Shown: positions 60,338 to 64,000 of the stretch, piece by piece
How positions within the stretch are numbered: position 1 is the first letter of the stretch
Layout: the number at the start of each line of letters is the position of its first letter
DNA from: an uncultured Nitrososphaerota archaeon
Lineage (GTDB): Archaea; Thermoproteota; Nitrososphaeria; Nitrososphaerales; Gagatemarchaeaceae
Direction of reading: 5' to 3'
Assembly (NCBI GenBank): GCA_963718895.1
Contig: CAVRAG010000008.1
Coordinates: forward strand, 512,001-576,000
Length of the DNA: 64,000 nt
The notes under the pieces: model-generated
Databases searched by the model: none
The model's input: only the letters and a program-made list of their open reading frames with translations
Told to the model about the DNA's origin: nothing
Position numbers and translations under genes: made by a program

Positions 60338-61204
60338 ATGACAGGCATCTTCGAGTACATCGTCCTGATGCTCCTGGTCTCTGTCATCGCCGGCCTGATT
60401 GGATCGCTCGTCGGCGTCGGAGGAGGAATCCTGGTGGTCCCCGCCCTCACTCTGCTCTTCGGAGTGCCCATCCAGTACGCAATCGGGGCGAGCATCGTCT
60501 CTGTGATCGCCACCTCGAGCGGATCCGCCGCGGCGTACGTACGTGACCACATCACCAACCTTCGAATCGGGATGTTCCTCGAGATAGGTTCCACCACCGG
60601 TGCGATAGTAGGCGCCGTCGCCAGCATCGCGCTGGTCAGAAGCGGATATGCCTCGGTCGTCTTCCTAATCTTCGGGCTGATGCTGTTCTTGTCGGCCTAC
60701 AGCTCCTCCGTAAGGTTGCGGAGCGAGAAGAGGAAAGGCTCAGAGATAATCAACCAGAGGCCAAACAGGCTCTCTGCGACTCTGAAGCTCAGCGGCGACT
60801 ACTACGACGGTGCCACCAAGATGAGAGTCGGCTACATAGCAGACAGGGTGTTTCCGGCGTTTGGTGTGATGTTCCTCGCCGGGGTCCTCTCAGCGCTCCT
60901 CGGGGTCGGAGGAGGAGTCCTCAAGGTCGTCGGACTCGACTCCTTCATGAAGCTCCCGTTCAAGGTATCCACAACGACGAGCAACTTCATGATCGGCGTC
61001 ACCGCGGCCGCCAGCACGACAATTTACTACATCGGCGGGTACGTCAACCCGGTCCTTGCCGCGCCGGTCGCCATCGGGGTCCTCATCGGCGCATTCGCCG
61101 GTACCAAGGTTCTGGTCCGCACCAAGCCCGGAGCCCTCCGATGGCTCTTCGTGGCGGTGCTGATCGTGATAGCCATCGAGATGATACACGAGGGCCTGCC
61201 TTGA
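60338..61204 (+). CDS. TauE/SafE family exporter
   Basis: Two GVGGG repeats, IATSSG.A, STTTSNFMIGVTAA. Confidence 0.9.
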   Translation: MTGIFEYIVLMLLVSVIAGLIGSLVGVGGGILVVPALTLLFGVPIQYAIGASIVSVIATSSGSAAAYVRDHITNLRIGMFLEIGSTTGAIVGAVASIALVRSGYASVVFLIFGLMLFLSAYSSSVRLRSEKRKGSEIINQRPNRLSATLKLSGDYYDGATKMRVGYIADRVFPAFGVMFLAGVLSALLGVGGGVLKVVGLDSFMKLPFKVSTTTSNFMIGVTAAASTTIYYIGGYVNPVLAAPVAIGVLIGAFAGTKVLVRTKPGALRWLFVAVLIVIAIEMIHEGLP

Positions 61205-61614
61205 CTGCCAGCGCGAGCCGTCCCAAGGCGGACATGAACGTCGTGATCAGCGACGTGTTGAAGTATGGTGTGATGATCAGCGCGGTGCTGATCGGGCTCG
61301 GGGTCGCCATCCTCTTCCTGCACACGCCCCAGGCCCTCCCCAGTACAACGGGACAGCTGCTGGCCAACGACTACGGTAAGCCCACCCTCGACCTGTCACA
61401 ACTTCTCGGCGGGGTGGCCGGAGCGAACCCGATCTTCATAATCCAGCTCGGGTTGATCGTGCTTCTCGCAACCCCTGTCGCGAGAGTAGCCGCCTCGGTA
61501 CTCATGTTCGCGGCTGAGAAGGACAGGCTGTACGTGGCCATCACGCTCTTCGTACTCGTCGTCCTCCTCTTCGGGCTCTTCGTAGTCGGGCCGATCGAGG
61601 CTGCGGCCGCGTAG
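61201..61614 (+). CDS. DUF1634 membrane protein
   Basis: L.YGV..S, GL.VLLATP.ARV, EKD.LY; follows tauE. Confidence 0.85.
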   Translation: MTASASRPKADMNVVISDVLKYGVMISAVLIGLGVAILFLHTPQALPSTTGQLLANDYGKPTLDLSQLLGGVAGANPIFIIQLGLIVLLATPVARVAASVLMFAAEKDRLYVAITLFVLVVLLFGLFVVGPIEAAAA

Positions 61615-61641
61615 TTCAGGGAAACCCTGGGAAGGCTCTGC

Positions 61642-62113
61642 TCACCTTATGACCAGGACGGAGCAGTGTGCGTGGGAGACGACTCCGGTGGAGACGCTTC
61701 CGAGCAGGAGCTTCTTGAAGCCGCCCAGTCCTCGGGTCCCCATTACGATCAGATCCGCTTTCTCCCTCTCCGCGAACTCAACGATTGCGCCGACCGTGGA
61801 AGCGACAGGTTCGATTACCTCACCCCGGGCATCCACTCCGGCTTCCTTGGCAAGAACCAGCGCCGAGTCGATCGCGCGTCTTAGCCTCGGTTGTTCCGAG
61901 CTTGTAGTACTCGGTCAGGTCAGCCGGCGCGCCTGCCGGGCCGCTGAAAGAAAATCCAGGTGAGGCGACGACGCTTAGAACGACGACCTTTGCGTTGTAC
62001 GCGCGGGCAAGCTCGAATGCGATCTTGGCGGACCTCTCCGCCGACTTGGAACCGTCCACGGGCACTAATATCAAACGCGTCGTGATACCCTCGTTCGCCT
62101 TGGTTGCTTGCAT
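61642..62113 (-). CDS. Universal stress protein; frameshift near 61880
   Basis: ILVPVDGS, ADLIVMGTRG...LLLGSVS..V. Confidence 0.88.
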
Positions 62114-62166
62114 CCCAAACACCGTGCACCGCCGCCGGCCTGACGTATTTAAGGGAAGAAGGCGAA

Positions 62167-62415
62167 GGCTCTGTCAAGTCTTCGTTGGGTAAGGGTGGGC
62201 GCTTGAGTATGCTCTCAGCATGTTGTATCCGAGCAGTGAGGACGGGTCCCGGGCGAATCCGTCTGACCCATTGGCAAGATGGGCGGTTGAGGTTCGACCG
62301 TTCATTGAAAACAAGGCGGGGCAGGTGAAGGGGAACCCGACGCGGACCGTAATCCTCAGAGTCGATGCCCCGAAGCCAAGTCTTTTTGGTTACCCGACAA
62401 AGACTTGACAGAACC
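62167..62415 (+). mobile_element. 249-bp MITE derived from the tnpB element, retaining the omegaRNA-like 3' region
   Basis: 26-bp TIRs GGCTCTGTCAAGTCTTCGTTGGGTAA / rc GGTTCTGTCAAGTCTTTGTCGGGTAA; flanks AAGGCGAA / AAGGCGAG; shares GGTGAAGGGGAACCC and GTAATCCTCAGAGTCGATGCC with 33270-33340. Confidence 0.88.
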
Positions 62416-62524
62416 AAGGCGAGGATAGGAAAGCGCACTGCGGCAATGCGGGCTGTTCCATGGAGCGGTGACGGGGCGGCGTGTGAGCCTAACTTAAATA
62501 GAAGCGCCGCTGTCTCCCTTCAAT

Positions 62525-62788
62525 ATGAAGACCAGCCCCTTCGTCGGCACAAGTCAGCTCCAGCAGCTTGCAGTTTCAAGGTCGCTCGACGCGCCTGGCA
62601 TGAAGAAGAGGGTGGCTGAAGCGACCAGGCCTTTGGCTGTCAACATCTCTCTGGTCCAACCGGTCACCGAGACGAGCACAAAGCAGACGAGCTCCACCGC
62701 TCTGGATCAATCAAAGACTCTCGAGCAGGCCAATGCAGCCTCGCCGAAGGTGGGCTTCGGGCTTTCCAGCCAGTTTCTCGAGCTCTGA
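62525..62788 (+). CDS. Small hypothetical protein
   Basis: 87-aa ORF with TATA-like CTTAAATA ~30 nt upstream. Confidence 0.35.
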   Translation: MKTSPFVGTSQLQQLAVSRSLDAPGMKKRVAEATRPLAVNISLVQPVTETSTKQTSSTALDQSKTLEQANAASPKVGFGLSSQFLEL

Positions 62789-62886
62789 GACAGCAACCTC
62801 CCACGTCCTCCGGGAAGACCTTCAGGGTCGGCCATGTTGGGTCGATTATGGATTCCGTCGTCTGCTGGATTGCGTTATTGCCCGAA

Positions 62887-64000
62887 TCAGGATGAACTCT
62901 GCCGAGCAGAGGTCTCCGGCGATTGGGGCTGCAGGTGCCTGCTCAGGTTCATGGACTTTAGGGTGAAGATGCCGAAACCAGCCAGGGTGAGCGACAGGAA
63001 CCAGACCCCATCAAAGAGTACCTTCACGGCCAGAAGTATGGCCGCGACGGCCAGGATGATCTCCACAATGGCGTTCTTGTCGTTGGTGAGGTGGTGGAAG
63101 TACGACATCTTCGTCGCCTCGCCGGATCCGCCATGGGGCGTCCTGTACGGAAAGAATCCCGTCCTGTCGAAGATTCCGTAGAAGAAGGCGACGGACCCGA
63201 GGCTCAGCATCGCCCCCGTTGCGTACCCGAGGAGCGGGATCAGCACTACGTTGCGGACGGTCATGAGGCCCTGCACCCACAGGGCCCAGATCCCGGAGGC
63301 CATCGATATGGCGAAGGGGACGGCGACGAAGCCTATGTAGAACGGGTTGTTGAATATCGAGTCAGCCGGCTGGATCGATCCCCGCCACGACCGCCGATGC
63401 GGACAGGAAGGTGACAAGGATCCAGCTGAAGCCGGAGAAGGGACCCAACAGCATCAGCAGCAACCCCGCCTTCGTCCTGAGGCTGACGTTTGGGGCTATG
63501 ATGATGCTCCTCCAGTACTTCGCGATGCACCTCCACCATCCCTGCGAGGTCCTCGCGACCTGCTTCTTCCATGCCTCGAGGGTAGAAGGGTCCTCGCTCA
63601 TCACCTTGACGCTGCTGAGGTAGATTCCGCGCTTTCCAGCGAGGTACATCTTGATCGAGACGTCCCCGTCGTCGGCTATCCTCTCGTTGGACCACTGACC
63701 GACTCCTCTGAGATCCTTCGCCCTGACGAGGGCCAGCCCGCCCTGGAAGGAGAACGGGGCATCGATGCGGTAGGCCCCCATCTTCGACAGCGTATCCCCG
63801 ATGTCTTGGTACAGCGCGAAGAGGCGGGTTATCAGGTTGTAGTTGCGGTTGTAGTGCCCATACCGGAATGAGACGAAGGATGAGCGCGGATGGCTCTCCA
63901 TGGCGTCGATTCCCTTGGTCAGGACGTCGGGCGGGACGATCGAGTCGGCGTCGAGAAGCAGCACGAAGTCGCCGTCGACCTGGTCCATGGCCTTGTTCAG
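62887..64000 (-). CDS. GT2 processive-type glycosyltransferase, 5'-partial, frameshifted
   Basis: LLDAD, ADD.D, Q..R(T) in place of QxxRW, C-terminal TM helices. Confidence 0.85.

Overview
GC-rich archaeal chromosome segment. The gene set (Topo VI A/B, aIF-2beta, aIF-1/SUI1, Rio1-Dim2, archaeal PEP carboxylase, divergent FtsZ, DnaKJ-GrpE, BHB-intron tRNAs) fits Nitrososphaerota, probably a non-ammonia-oxidising lineage; this assignment is inference. Many single-base frameshifts and a 1,266-nt poly-T run point to an error-prone long-read assembly. Positions 1-27 kb are mostly housekeeping, with two inteins (one with a Vsr/DUF559-type nuclease) and a recoded duplicate of the top6B N-terminus. 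Positions 27-63 kb are accessory: an ars cluster, a pst operon, a secreted RHS-toxin operon with a phage-tail-like partner, and two triple-intron tRNAs with fragment duplications. The most striking signal is a family of TnpB elements bounded by IS6-like terminal inverted repeats and ~8-bp target duplications. It has a full tnpB copy, a 249-bp omegaRNA-only MITE and a relic, and all three lie 14 bp upstream of a TATA-like box.
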